Shown here: piece by piece, positions 30,455 through 42,134 of the stretch
Layout: the number at the start of each line of letters is the position of its first letter
How positions within the stretch are numbered: the first letter of the stretch is position 1
Assembly: GCA_963716395.1 (NCBI GenBank)
Contig: OY970309.1
Span: 2,208,001-2,272,000, forward strand
Source: an uncultured Fibrobacteria bacterium
GTDB lineage: Bacteria; Fibrobacterota; Fibrobacteria; UBA11236
Direction: 5' to 3'
Length of the DNA stretch: 64,000 nt
Translations under genes and position numbers: made by a program
Notes under the pieces: model-generated
What the model saw: only the letters and a program-made list of their open reading frames with translations
What the model was told of the DNA's origin: nothing
Database searches by the model: none

Positions 30455-33400
30455 ATGAGCCCAGCCCTTACCGAATCTACGGTTGAATCCGCTACACTTT
30501 CATGGCTGGCTGATCTCGGTTATGCTTTCCTCTACGGCCCCGATATCGCCCCTGGCGAACCTTCCACCGAACGTCAGTCCTATCAAGAAACCATTCTAAC
30601 GAGCCGCCTCCGCGAAGTCTTGGCTCGCCTAAATCCTGCCCTTCCTTCCGAAGCCGTTGAAGATGCGCTCCGAAAAATCACCCTTGTTGATTCCCCTTCC
30701 TTGATCCAATCCAACCGTGTTTTCCATCGGATGCTCGTTGACGGCGTGGACGTGGAATTTCAAAGTGAAGGGCGCATCATCCACGACAAAGCCAAGGTGG
30801 TAGACTTCGATCATCCCGACAACAACGATTGGCTGGCCGTGAATCAGTTCACCATCATTGAAGGCCAGCACAACCGCCGCCCGGACGTTTTGATTTTCCT
30901 GAATGGTTTGCCGCTGGGCGTGATTGAACTCAAGAATCCCGCCGACGAAAACGCCACGATTTGGACGGCCTTCCATCAATTGCAAACCTACAAGCAGCAA
31001 ATCCCTTCTCTGTTCGCCTTCAACGAAGCCTTGATTATTTCGGACGGACTGGAAGCGCGCATCGGTTCTCTCACCGCAGATCGGGAACGCTTTCAACCTT
31101 GGCGCACCATCGAAGGCGAGGAATTGGCTTCGGCTTCGATGCCGCAACTCGAAGTCTTGATAAAAGGTGTTTTCGAGAAAACCCGATTCTTGCGCCTGCA
31201 TCCGGCATTTCATCGTATTCGAGGAAGAAAAGGACGGGGTTTGGGTTAAGAAACTCGCCGGTTACCACCAATTCCACGCCGTCAACATGGCTGTAGAGGA
31301 AACAATCCGCGCATCGGGGCATGGCGCGGATGAATTGAAGGTTACCGACGTTCAAGGAACCTACATGTCCAAATCCGCTGGGGGTGAAGTCGGGGATAGG
31401 CGCGTCGGCGTGGTTTGGCATACGCAAGGTTCGGGCAAAAGTCTCACCATGGCTTTTTATGCGGGCCGCATCGTGTTGCACCCGGCCATGGAAAACCCAA
31501 CCTTGGTTGATTCTCACGGATCGAAACGATTTGGACGAACAGCTATTCGGAACTTTTTCACGTTGCTACGAACTCTTGCGGCAAAAGCCAGTCCAAGCTG
31601 AAGATCGCTCCCATTTGCGCGCAGCTTCTTCAAGTCGCTGCTGGCGGCGTTGTATTTACGACCGTCCAAAAATTCTTTCCCGAACAAAAGGGAGATTCCT
31701 TTCCCAAACTTTCGGATCGGCGCAACATCGTGGTGATCGCCGACGAGGCGCACCGCAGTCAATACGATTTTATCGACGGCTTCGCCCGGCATCTTCGGGA
31801 CGGCTTGCCGAATGCTTCGTTCATCGGATTCACCGGTACGCCGATTGGAATTGATCGGACAAGAATACCCGTGCGGTTTTCGGCGATTACATCAGCATCT
31901 ATGATATCCAGCGCGCGGTTCAGGATGGGGCCACCGTTCCCATTTACTACGAAAGCCGCTTGGCCAAACTGGAATTAAACGAGAGCGAAAAACCGCGTCT
32001 TGATGTGGAGTTCGAGGAAATAACCGAAGACGAGGAAGAAGCCCGCAAGGAAAAACTCAAAACCAAATGGGCGGCTCTTGAGGCTGTGGTTGGTTCTGAA
32101 AAACGTCTTCGGCTTATCGCCAATGATATTGTGGAACATTTCGAGAAGCGTTCTGAAGCCTTGGACGGCAAAGCCATGATTGTGTGCATGAGCCGCCGCA
32201 TTTGCGTTGACCTCTACAAAGCCATCGTTACGTTGCGTCCCACTTGGAATAATGACGACGACACCAAGGGTGTTCTCAAAATCGTAATGACGGGTTCGCC
32301 TTCCGATCCCTTGGATTGGCAAACCCATATCCGAAACAAACCGCAGGCGCGAAGTGTTGGCCAAGCGATTCAAAAATCCTTCCGACCCTTTGAAATTGGT
32401 CATTGTCCGCGATATGTGGCTTACGGGATTCGATGCGCCCTGTCTTCACACCATGTATGCGGACAAGCCCATGCGCGGGCACGGCCTGATGCAAGCCATC
32501 GCCAGGGTCAATCGCGTGTTCCGGGACAAACCCGGCGGCTTGGTCGTGGATTATTTGGGTCTTGCGGATCATCTTCGCCGGGCAATATCCGAATACACCG
32601 AAAGCGGAGGCAAAGGCGACACGGCCATTGATCAGGAACAAGCCGCGTCCGTGATGTTGGAGAAATATGAAATCTGCCGCGACCTTTTCCACGGCTTCGA
32701 TTGGGCGGTTTGGACAACGGGCGCTCCCGCGCAAAGGCTTGGCGTGTTACCCCGTGCCCAAGAACATATTCTAACCCAGGATGATGGGAAAACTCGCCTT
32801 CTCAAAGCGGTAACCGATCTCTCTAAGGCATTCGCTTTGGCTGTGCCGCATGGAAAGGCGCTGGAAGTCCGTGATGACGTGGCTTTTTTCCAGGCCGTCC
32901 GGGCGGCCTTGGCCAAATCCGGGGTTTCGGGATCGAAACCCGAGGAAGATCTGGATCATGCCATCCGGCAATTGGTTTCCAAGGCCGTCGCCTCCGATCA
33001 AGTCATCGACATTTTTGCCGCCGCCGGATTGAAGAAACCGGATATTTCGATTCTATCCGAGGATTTCCTGGCTGAAGTCAAGGGAATGCCGCATAAAAAT
33101 CTTGCCGTCGAGTTATTGCGGAAACTCTTGAACGAAGAAGTCAAAACCCGTTCTAAAAAGAATTTGATCCAATCCCGTTCATTTTCCGAAATGCTGGAAC
33201 GCTCAATCCGGGCATATCAAAACCGAGCCATCGAAGCGGCCCAGGTGATCGAAGAATTGATCAACCTCGCCAAAGAAATGCGGGAAGCGAACCGCAAAGG
33301 CGAAGCACTCGGGCTAACCGATGAGGAAGTCGCTTTTTACGATGCATTGGAAACCAATGACAGCGCGGTCAAAGTTTTGGGCGACGAAACCTTGCGGATC

Positions 33401-33598
33401 ATTGCCCGTGAACTTGTCGAAACCGTCCGCAACAACGTGTCCATTGATTGGACGGTAAAGGAAAGCGTAAAAGCCAAATTGCGGGTCATGGTCAAAAGGA
33501 TTTTGAAAAAATATGGATATCCGCCCGATATGCAAGAAAGAGCTACGAACACGGTTTTAGAACAGGCCGAATTGTTATGCAAAGATTGGGTGAGATAA
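30455..33598 (+). CDS. hsdR: Type I R-M restriction subunit R; several frameshifts between ~31190 and ~32350
   Basis: [71 protein letters not shown] and KYGYPPD distributed over successive frames. Confidence 0.93.
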
Positions 33599-33644
33599 GG
33601 GACTTCCTTCATATTCCAAATATTTGGAAGAGAGAGCTACGTAC

Positions 33645-34919
33645 GTGACATCCTTTCGCTTCATTCATACTGCGGACATCCACCTAGATAGCCCTTTGAA
33701 GGGGCTCGCGGGTTACGACGGGCCTGCCGTCAAGTGCATTCGCACGGCGACGCGCCAAGCTTTCGACAGCCTTATAAGCGAGGCGATCGACCAGAAGGTC
33801 GATTTTGTCGTAATCGCGGGCGATCTTTATGATGGCGACTGGCGCGATTATCAGACCGGGCTATTCTTCGCCCGCCAAATGGGCCGCCTCGCGAAAGCGA
33901 ACATCCCGGCCTTCGTCCTCTACGGCAACCACGATGCGGAAAGCCAGATCACCCGGCGCTTGAGCATGCCCGAGGGCGTCAACGTGTTTTCCGCGCGTAA
34001 GCCCGAGACATTCATGCTTAAGGAACTTGGCGTTGCGCTTCATGGCCAGAGCTTCCGGCAACGCGATGTTACCGACAATCTCGCCGCCGCGTATCCGGAG
34101 CCGGTCGATGGCGTCTTCAACATCGGCGTTCTCCACACCGGCATGGGCGGCATGGGCGGCCATGCGAACTACGCACCCTGCACACTCGATGACCTCGTCA
34201 CCAAGGGCTACGATTATTGGGCGCTCGGTCACGTTCATCACGGGGTTGTTCTCCATCAGAATCCCCATGTGGTTTTCCCCGGAAACCTTCAGGGACGGCA
34301 TATCCGCGAAACTGGCCCCAAGGGCGCGTACCTCGTCTCTGTCGAGGATCGTGAAATCGTCGAATTCGGTCCGCTGTACACCGATGTCGTCCGCTGGGCA
34401 CATCTCCAGGTCAACGTCGATGGCTGTGACCGCAATGCTGAGGCACTGGAGCACGTGCGGCAAGCTATCGAGCAAGCGATCGACGACGGTGCCGATGGCC
34501 GGCTGCTCGCCTGCCGTATCGAGCTGACTGGCCGTACCAAAATCCATGATCATCTTCTGATATCGGCCGAACATCTTCTCGCCGAGGCGCAGGCCGCGGC
34601 ACTTGGGTTCGGTGACGCCGTGGCATGGATCGAGCGCGTTGTCGTCTCTACGGAACCCATGCTCGACCCGGCGACGCTCGCCGGCCGAGAGGATGCGCTG
34701 GGGGAACTTCACCGCATGTTGGGAGACGCCGCCGCCGATCCCGAATTGCTCGGCCAACTGGAAGCGGATGTAGGCGAATTCGTCCGCAAGCTTCCGCCCG
34801 AGGTACGTGACGAGATTGAAGATGCTGCCCTGAAAGCGGCGGTTCAGGCAGACTATCCCGCTCTCATCACCCACATCCGGGGCTACCTCAATGCGCGTCT
34901 TACGGCGCAGGAGGATTGA
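33645..34919 (+). CDS. Mre11/SbcD-like metallophosphoesterase nuclease (YhaO-like)
   Basis: FIHTADIHLDSP, AGDLYD, GNHD, YWALGHVH, PGNLQGRH; GTG start at 33645. Confidence 0.92.
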   Translation: MTSFRFIHTADIHLDSPLKGLAGYDGPAVKCIRTATRQAFDSLISEAIDQKVDFVVIAGDLYDGDWRDYQTGLFFARQMGRLAKANIPAFVLYGNHDAESQITRRLSMPEGVNVFSARKPETFMLKELGVALHGQSFRQRDVTDNLAAAYPEPVDGVFNIGVLHTGMGGMGGHANYAPCTLDDLVTKGYDYWALGHVHHGVVLHQNPHVVFPGNLQGRHIRETGPKGAYLVSVEDREIVEFGPLYTDVVRWAHLQVNVDGCDRNAEALEHVRQAIEQAIDDGADGRLLACRIELTGRTKIHDHLLISAEHLLAEAQAAALGFGDAVAWIERVVVSTEPMLDPATLAGREDALGELHRMLGDAAADPELLGQLEADVGEFVRKLPPEVRDEIEDAALKAAVQADYPALITHIRGYLNARLTAQED

Positions 34920-34922
34920 GCC

Positions 34923-37900
34923 ATGCGCATTCAACGACTCGATCTTCTCCGTTATGGCCGTTTCACCGATACGCATCTTCGCTCTTCCTGCAAGCGGTTC
35001 CGACATCCACATCTTGTTCGGCCCGAATGAGGCCGGCAAATCGACCGCACTGTCGGCCATAGAGGACTTGCTGTTCGGGATACCCGGCAACTCGCCCTAC
35101 AATTTCCTGCACAATTACGGAAGCATGAGAGTTGGCGCTGTTCTGGAGAATGGCGGCAAGACCCTGGAGGTTCGGCGCCGCAAGGGGAACAAGGATACGC
35201 TGCTCACTGCGGACGAGGTGCCAGTCGCGGCAGGGACTGGCGCACTGGTTCCGTTTCTTGCCGGGGCGGATCATGCTTTCTTCACGCGCATGTTCAGCCT
35301 CGATCATGAACGGCTTCGCAAGGGAGGCCAGGAAATACTTGAGGCGAAGGACGAAGTCGGTCAGATGCTATTCTCTGCTGGTGCCGGACTCTCTGGGTTG
35401 CGCGACCGGCTCAAAGCACTCACTGAGGAAGCCGACGGCCTATGGGCTTCACGGAAGGCGGCGCACAGAAAGTATTACCAAGCGCTGGAACGGCTCGACA
35501 CTGCGGCGACAGCACTCCGCGATCACACGGTCACGGCCAGCAAGTGGCAGGAGGTGAAACGCGCCTATGACGATGCCCAAGAAGCCTATACCGTTCTTGA
35601 AAAACAGAACGAAGATATTTCGCGCGAGCAGCGCAAGCTGAGCCGCATCCGCCGTGTTTACAGGGATATCCGTAAGATTGCGGCGCTTGACGACGAGATA
35701 AAAGCCTTGGGCGAGGTGACGCCACTTCCAGAGGACGCGCTTCGGTCACTTGACGCGGCGGAGCGCGAACAGTTGGGTGCCACGACACGCGTGGAGACTC
35801 TTAATGAACAGATCAAAACCGAGCAGGAGCAACGTGGCGCGCTGAAATGCAATGAGGAGCTTCTGATCCGGGAGGACGACATTAGGGAGTTCCACAAGCG
35901 CCGTATCGAAGTGCAAAAGGAAAAGACGGATTTGCCCCATCGCCGCGCCGAACTTGCGAGCGCAGAGGAAAATCTGCTGCGCCTAGCCGGGGAACTTGAA
36001 TGGACAACCGACGAGGTAGAATCGCTGGTAGAGCGTATTCCGCCGCGTGCGAAAGTTACCGTACTTCGAACGCTCATCAGCTCCCGAGGAGAGCGAGCGT
36101 CCGGCGTTGCGAGCGCGAAGAGCGCGGTTAACGAATTGGCAGGCCAGATCGTTGACTTGCAGCAAGAAATTGACGGCATGGGTGCGCCCGTCGATGTGTC
36201 GAAACTAGCCGCCGTTGTTAAAGCTACCCGTGAGGGCGGCGATTTTTCTTCACGGATAAATGTCGCCGAAACCGAAAGTCGGGAGGCAAATGTTGCCATC
36301 GAGCGCAGCCTCAAGTCCCTCAAGCCGCTGGTAGGGGACGAACATGTGCTGGCGTCGACGCCAGTGCCCACGCGCGACGCGATACAAACTCATCGTGACG
36401 ACCTGCGTAACGCCGACCAGCGGATGCAGGCCTGTCAGGAACGCATCAGAACCGCTGGGCAGGAGCTGGCAAGACATCGTAAGGCTCATGAGCGGCTTGC
36501 CCATGACGAGGACGCAATTGCTCCCAAGGACCTTACCGACGTCCGTGAAGTGCGCGATTACGGTTGGTCGCTAATCCGGCGGCGCTACGTCGAAGGTGTT
36601 TTCGTTCCCGACGAGGAAATCCAAGCGTTCACGGGTGCCGGAACCGATTTGACAAACACGTATGAAACCGCCGTCACGACTGCCGATACTTTGGCGGATC
36701 GCCGTTTCGACAATGCGCAGGCAGCGGCCCAAATCGCCTTGACCACCCGTCAGGTCGCCGAGCAAGAGGAATTGCTGGAAAGCCTGCGGGAAGAAGAGGT
36801 TGTGCTTGTAGAAGAACGCCGTGCGCTGGAGTCCGCATGGAAACAGATATGGACAGAGGCTTCGTTCGAACCGCTCGGGCCGGATTTTATGCTGGAGTGG
36901 CTCGCCTCCCGTCATGAGATACTTGAAAACATCAGGCGGCGAGAGGCGGCCAAGCGCCAACTAGAAGCTTTGCGCGACGAAGAGTCAAAGGCTACCGCAC
37001 GCATTCTCGTGGAATTGTTGGCATTCACCGGTAAACCGGGTGCTCTTGAAGGCCAACCGCTTCGGATCGTCATTGAAGCCGCGACCGCTGTTCAGAACCA
37101 GAGCGAAAAAGACGCCACCAGCAGACGGCTATCGGAAGAGCGGCTTCACAAGATGAAAGCCGATGCTGGCCGCAAATCCACGGCGTTGAAGACGGCAGAA
37201 GAGGCGCTGCACGTCTGGCGCACAGAGTGGGCTGGTGCCATTGAACTCCTTGGCCTGGCTGCCGATACGCAGCCGGAGGCCGCCACTACCCAGCTTGACG
37301 CCATCGACCAGATGCGAGAGATCGCGGTCAAAATCCATCAACTCAGGCATGAGCGTATCGAGAAGATTGAAAGGGATATCGATGATTTTGAAAAGGATGT
37401 TGCCGCCATCGTGGGCGTCGTCGCAATTGATCTTGCGAAACTCAGCCCCGAGGAGGCGGTTCTTGAATTGGAGCGCCAACTTGAGGCCGCGAAGCGAATT
37501 CGTGAGCAGCAAAAGAACAAGGATGCGGCAATTTTGGCGCTGCAAAAGAAGATCGATGAGTACGAAGCTTCAGTGCGTGGAGCGCGCGAGACGATTCAGC
37601 ACCTCCAAGAATTAGCCGGTGCGAAAGATATTGATCAGCTCAAGACTGCGGTCAGCAATTCCGACAAGCTGCGGAAATTGGCGGACGAACGCGTCGGGGT
37701 CGTGGGCGCACTCGCAAATGAAGGCGACGGACTGCAGCTGGCTGAGTTGAGGAAGGAATGTGAAGCCGTCGAAATCGATCAGGTGAGCGCCCGCGAGCAG
37801 ACGCTGGAACAGAATCTGAAAGATTTGCGCTTGCGTCTTACCGAGGCGGCAGAACACCGCACCCAGAACAGAAGTGCATTCGAAGCCATCGGTGGTGACG

Positions 37901-38466
37901 ACCGTGCGGCGGAAGCCGCCGCAGCCAGACAAGCTGCACTCGTGGAACTGCGGGAGGTGGCCGAGCAATACGTCCGTGTTCGTTCCGCCGCGACCATGCT
38001 GCAATGGGCCATAGAGCGCTATCGGCGCGAAAAGCAAGCTCCGCTGCTCAAGCGCGCTGGACAAGCCTTTGCCACACTCACGGACGGGTCTTTCAGCGAT
38101 CTCCGGGTCGAGTTCGATGAAAACGACGAGGCCCAACTGGCAGGTCTTCGTCCCGGCGGCGAGATGGTCCGTAGTGGTCGAATGAGCACCGGCACAGCCG
38201 ATCAACTATATCTGGCCCTCCGCGTGGCTTCGGTCGAAGATTATCTCGATCGAGCAGACGCTCTTCCATTTGTTGCCGACGATCTCTTCATCAATTTTGA
38301 TGACACCCGCGCTGAAGCAGGGTTTGAAGTTCTTGGTCAATTGGCCACCAAGACTCAGGTCCTGTTTTTTACGCATCACCGGCATCTGGTCGAGATTGCC
38401 GTGCGTACACTCGGCAAATCTGTAAACGTCGTCTTCTTATTGGATTCGCAAAAATCGGCAGTTTAA
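34923..38466 (+). CDS. Rad50/SbcC-like coiled-coil ABC ATPase (YhaN/AAA_27-like); apparent frameshift near 34975
   Basis: True start MRIQRLDLLRYGRFTD at 34923; GPNEAGKST; long coiled coil; MSTGTADQLYLALR, DDLFINFDD, FTHH. Confidence 0.9.
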
Positions 38467-38925
38467 CTGCCGTACCTTATCTTCCCTATGCGCTTCGCCA
38501 TTTGCTCGTGGTTAATTCCGTCGGTCTTCAACCCCTTTACCGGGAACATTGAGTTTACGAAAAGCCTTTTGAAGAGAACTCGGAAGTAAATCCGTTAATT
38601 CCAGGTAGGTACGGAACCCTCCGGTAGCTTCCTACGGAGGACTTTTGAGGTAGGGCGGAACTTCTGCACATTGCTTCGTCGCGGCGGGTGTTTTCGTTTT
38701 ATTGCCTTACGGTTTGATTCCTCTCGTCGCCTAGGGACCACGCTTGGTTCTCGGCGTGACGCTGCTTCGCGCTCCAATCAGGGCCGCTTGTCATTCATGT
38801 TAACGGCGGAGTGAAATTGTACCCCTAGGACGGCCACCTTTATTGGCTGTGGCGGAGCAAAAGTGTGCCGCCGAATTCCTTTCGTTCAGTCCTCCAATTT
38901 TTTGGACTGGACGAAAGGCGGGGGG

Positions 38926-40419
38926 ATGTACAACGTGGATGTATACAGTCGAATTCGGCGGGCGTGTCATGTGGAGGGGATGAGCATTCGAGAGGCCGCC
39001 CGGCAATTTGGCCTGCACCGCAGCACCATCAAGAAGATCCTTTCGTTTTCCCTCCCACCGGGCTATCGGCGTTCAAAGCCGATACATCGCCCTAAGCTCG
39101 AAGGCTTCACCGGCTTTATCGATGCCTGGCTTTTGGGGGATAAGACAACTCCCAAGAAGCAGCACCATACCGCCAAGCGCGTTTTTGAACGCTTGCGGGA
39201 CGAACACGGCTTTCTGGGTGGCTATACCATCGTCAAGGACTATGTGCGAGAAAAGATGCTCCACTGCCGCGAAGTGTTCGTGCCATTGGCTCATCCGCCC
39301 GGCCATGCTCAGGCCGATTTTGGCGAAGCGTTGGTGGTGATAGGCGGGGTCAAGCAAAAGGCTCATTTCCTCGCCATCGACTTACCGCACAGCGATGCCT
39401 GCTTCGTCAAGGCGTATCCTACCGAATGTTCGGAGTCCTTCTGTGACGGCCACAACGCCGCCTTCGCGTTCTTCGGGGGAGTTCCGCAGTCCATTCTTTA
39501 CGACAACACCAAAATAGCTGTGGCCCAAATCCTGGGCGAAGGGAAGCGCGTGCGTTCGCGCATCTTCTCCGAACTCCAATCCCACTACTTGTTCGCCGAT
39601 CGCTTTGGCCGTCCGGCCAAGGGCAACGACAAAGGCAAGGTGGAAGGACTGGTGGGCTATTCCCGCCGCAACTTCATGGTGCCCATTCCGCATTTTCAGA
39701 GCTACGCCGATTTCAACGCCCATCTGGAAGAGCGCTGCAGAACCAGGCAGACGGTGAAATTGCGCGGACACAGCGACACCATTGGCCAAAGGCTACAGCG
39801 CGATGTGAACGCCTTCCTTCCTTTTCCTCTTGTCCCTTACGATGCTTGCGCCAAACTCCCCACCAGGGTAAGCTCGCTCTCTCTGTGCCGATTTAAGGGC
39901 AATGACTACTCCGTGCCGACTGCTTATGGTCACCGCGAAGTGCTCCTCAAGGGTTATGTCGACCATGTCGAGATCTATTGTGGTTCCGAGCGCATCGCCT
40001 GGCATGTCCGCTCCTATGAGAAAGCTGACTTCGTTTTTGATCCACTGCACTATCTTGCGTTGATTGAACGGAAGATAAATGCGCTGGATCAAGCCAAACC
40101 ACTTGTGGGTTGGTCCCTTCCGGAAGTCTTTGGAACCTTGCGCCGCCTTTGCGAGGCCAAGATGGGAACCAAGGGCAAACGCGAGTATGTGCAGGTGCTG
40201 CGCCTTTTGGAAACCTTCCGCCTCGGCGACGTGGAAGCGGCTATCTGCGAGGCCCTCCGACTTTGCGCCATCAGCTTCGACGCCGTGAAACATCTCTTGC
40301 TTTGCCAAATTGAGCAAAAGCCCCCTCGGCTTAATCTCAATATCTATCCCTACCTGCCCAGAGCGGAAGTAAAGACTACCGCAGTGAACGCCTATCTGTC
40401 CCTTCTGGAGTCGGTATGA
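38926..40419 (+). CDS. istA: IS21 transposase
   Basis: HTH GMSIREAARQFG, AQADFGE, LYDNTK, KGKVEGLVGY, YSVP. Confidence 0.95.
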   Translation: MYNVDVYSRIRRACHVEGMSIREAARQFGLHRSTIKKILSFSLPPGYRRSKPIHRPKLEGFTGFIDAWLLGDKTTPKKQHHTAKRVFERLRDEHGFLGGYTIVKDYVREKMLHCREVFVPLAHPPGHAQADFGEALVVIGGVKQKAHFLAIDLPHSDACFVKAYPTECSESFCDGHNAAFAFFGGVPQSILYDNTKIAVAQILGEGKRVRSRIFSELQSHYLFADRFGRPAKGNDKGKVEGLVGYSRRNFMVPIPHFQSYADFNAHLEERCRTRQTVKLRGHSDTIGQRLQRDVNAFLPFPLVPYDACAKLPTRVSSLSLCRFKGNDYSVPTAYGHREVLLKGYVDHVEIYCGSERIAWHVRSYEKADFVFDPLHYLALIERKINALDQAKPLVGWSLPEVFGTLRRLCEAKMGTKGKREYVQVLRLLETFRLGDVEAAICEALRLCAISFDAVKHLLLCQIEQKPPRLNLNIYPYLPRAEVKTTAVNAYLSLLESV

Positions 40420-41210
40420 CGCAGACCCCACAACTCTTGCTGTCCCATCATCTCAAGGCGCTGAAGCTACCGACTTTCGCCAGGGAGTACGACAAGGTGG
40501 CTCAGCAGTGTGCGGCGGAGGGTGTGGATCACCCCCGTTACCTTTTGCGCCTCTCCGAGCTTGAACTCATAGAACGCGAGAGACGGAACGTGGAACGACG
40601 CATCCGGGAAGCCCGATTCCCCACGGTCAAGAGCTTGGATAGCTTCGACTTCGCCTCCCTGCCCGGACTCAACAAAACCATGGTCACTGAACTTTCGCGC
40701 TGTGAATATATCACACGTCGGGAGAACGTCATCGCTCTTGGCAACAGTGGTACGGGCAAAACACACCTTGCCTTGGGTCTTGGCCTTGCCGCTTGCCAGA
40801 AGGGACTGTCCGTTGGGTATACCACGGCGGCGGCACTCTGCACCGAACTTTTGGAAGCGCGCGATGAAAAACGACTCCAGCGCTACCAGAAGCAACTCGC
40901 CAGCTACAAGTTGCTCGTCATTGATGAACTGGGGTTCGTGCCCCTGTCCAAGACCGGGGCCGAACTGCTCTTCGAGATCTTCAGTCAACGCTATGAACGC
41001 GGTTCTGTCTTGGTGACTTCGAATCTGCCGTTCGATGAATGGACCGAGGTATTCGGCTCGGAGCGGTTAACCGGCGCGTTGCTGGATAGGCTTACTCACC
41101 AAGTGCATATCCTGGAAATGAACGGGGAAAGCTTTCGCTTGAGTCAAAGTCAAAAACGGCAGAAATTGCGCAAAGATCAGGCTGAAAATAACCCTGACAA
41201 AGTTCCATAA
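40416..41210 (+). CDS. istB: IS21 helper ATPase
   Basis: GNSGTGKTHLA, LLVIDELG, TSNLPFDEW, LLDRLTH. Confidence 0.96.
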   Translation: MTQTPQLLLSHHLKALKLPTFAREYDKVAQQCAAEGVDHPRYLLRLSELELIERERRNVERRIREARFPTVKSLDSFDFASLPGLNKTMVTELSRCEYITRRENVIALGNSGTGKTHLALGLGLAACQKGLSVGYTTAAALCTELLEARDEKRLQRYQKQLASYKLLVIDELGFVPLSKTGAELLFEIFSQRYERGSVLVTSNLPFDEWTEVFGSERLTGALLDRLTHQVHILEMNGESFRLSQSQKRQKLRKDQAENNPDKVP

Positions 41211-41316
41211 TCATCCAAAATCTTAGAAAAGTGGCTCCGCAATCCCCCTTCCCCTCGGCTTCAACTGGTACACTTTTCCTCCGCCCCACCGGTACACTTT
41301 CGCTCCGCCCTTGACA

Positions 41317-41799
41317 TACAAGATGGATGCGAGTCTTTACCGTGCCGACCCTGCCTTTATCGCCAAGGTCGAAGGTGCCTCTGCCGATGAAGAAGCGGCG
41401 CATGAAGAAAGGGAAAAGGAGCGGCTTTCTTTGGCCTACCAGGACATGCAAGGGACGGGAGAGGGAAAAGTCCGTGATGCCACCATCCTTGCGGCCTCAC
41501 GCGCAGAGGCCCAGATAGCCGCGATAAGGCGCGTGGAAGCCGAGCGGGCGCAAGGGTATCAGAGCGTGGCGGATGCGCTCGCAGGATCGCAGAATCTGAA
41601 CACCAAAGAGCTTCTGCGGACGCTCTCCGATCTTAAAGGCGTGGAGGGTGAGCTTGACGATCTCACCTTGGGCAAGCTGGAAATGGAAGTGGTCTTCGCC
41701 CACATGGGAAGTCTCATCTACGATCTGTCGGATAAAAGGGCGGGGGAACTCCAAACCGCAGCGGCCTTCGATGACCTCGCAATAAGCCTTTCAAAATGA
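41317..41799 (+). pseudogene. Helical protein, probably the 3' part of a gene cut by IS21
   Basis: Open frame begins at the IS end and has no independent RBS; Ala/Glu-rich helical sequence; family not recognised. Confidence 0.45.
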
Positions 41800-41955
41800 G
41801 GGCGAAAAGAATTCGCTCTCTTTGTTCCTGATTCATTTCTTGTAAGCATCCGGGGGGATTTGGAAAATCCCCTCCTCCCAGGCATATTCTAAGAGCGTCC
41901 CCTCGAACCGGGCGCGGCTTGCGGCCGGCGGAACCTTCTGCAATGCATCGGGCGT

Positions 41956-42066
41956 GTACGTAACCTAGTACGTAAATTTTTTCCGGAAAATTCGATTTTT
42001 AGCTACGCGGCTCTCTTCTGACAAACACAGTTCTACATCGACCGGCGCTAACATAAGCCATTGATT
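41956..42066. other. att-like site: tandem arm-type repeats plus IHF-consensus site
   Basis: GTACGTAA at 41956 and 41968 (12-bp period). 42054-42066 on the minus strand reads AATCAATGGCTTA, matching WATCAANNNNTTR. Lies just beyond the tRNA 3' end. Confidence 0.55.
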
Positions 42067-42090
42067 TTATTGGATTTAAGCTCAACAAAC

Positions 42091-42126
42091 AAAAATGCCT
42101 GGCGTTTCCTGCGTAGAAAGCCAGGC
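42091..42126 (-). terminator. Terminator-like hairpin after tRNA-Pro
   Basis: GCCTGGC...GCCAGGC stem with a T-tract downstream on the minus strand. Confidence 0.6.
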
Positions 42127-42134
42127 TATTAAAA

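Larger units (their letters stand above)
38798..41316 (+). mobile_element. IS21-family insertion sequence
   Basis: TG...CA ends; IRL TGTTAACGGCGGAGTGAAATTGTACC vs reverse-complemented IRR TGTCAAGGGCGGAGCGAAAGTGTACC (22/26); internal repeat copies near 38851 and 41267; istA-istB. No target duplication visible. Confidence 0.93.
17200..42134. mobile_element. Defence-rich genomic island adjacent to tRNA-Pro 3' end (left boundary approximate; no intact integrase)
   Basis: Dense TA/R-M/defence content, visibly more AT-rich core than the flanks, IS21, gene remnants, and att-like arm repeats plus an IHF-consensus site beside the tRNA. Confidence 0.75.

Noticed and set aside
31190-32350. Programmed frameshifting or phase variation in hsdR
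   Set aside because: Multiple scattered indels without long homopolymers or slippery-site/stem-loop signals; error or decay is simpler.
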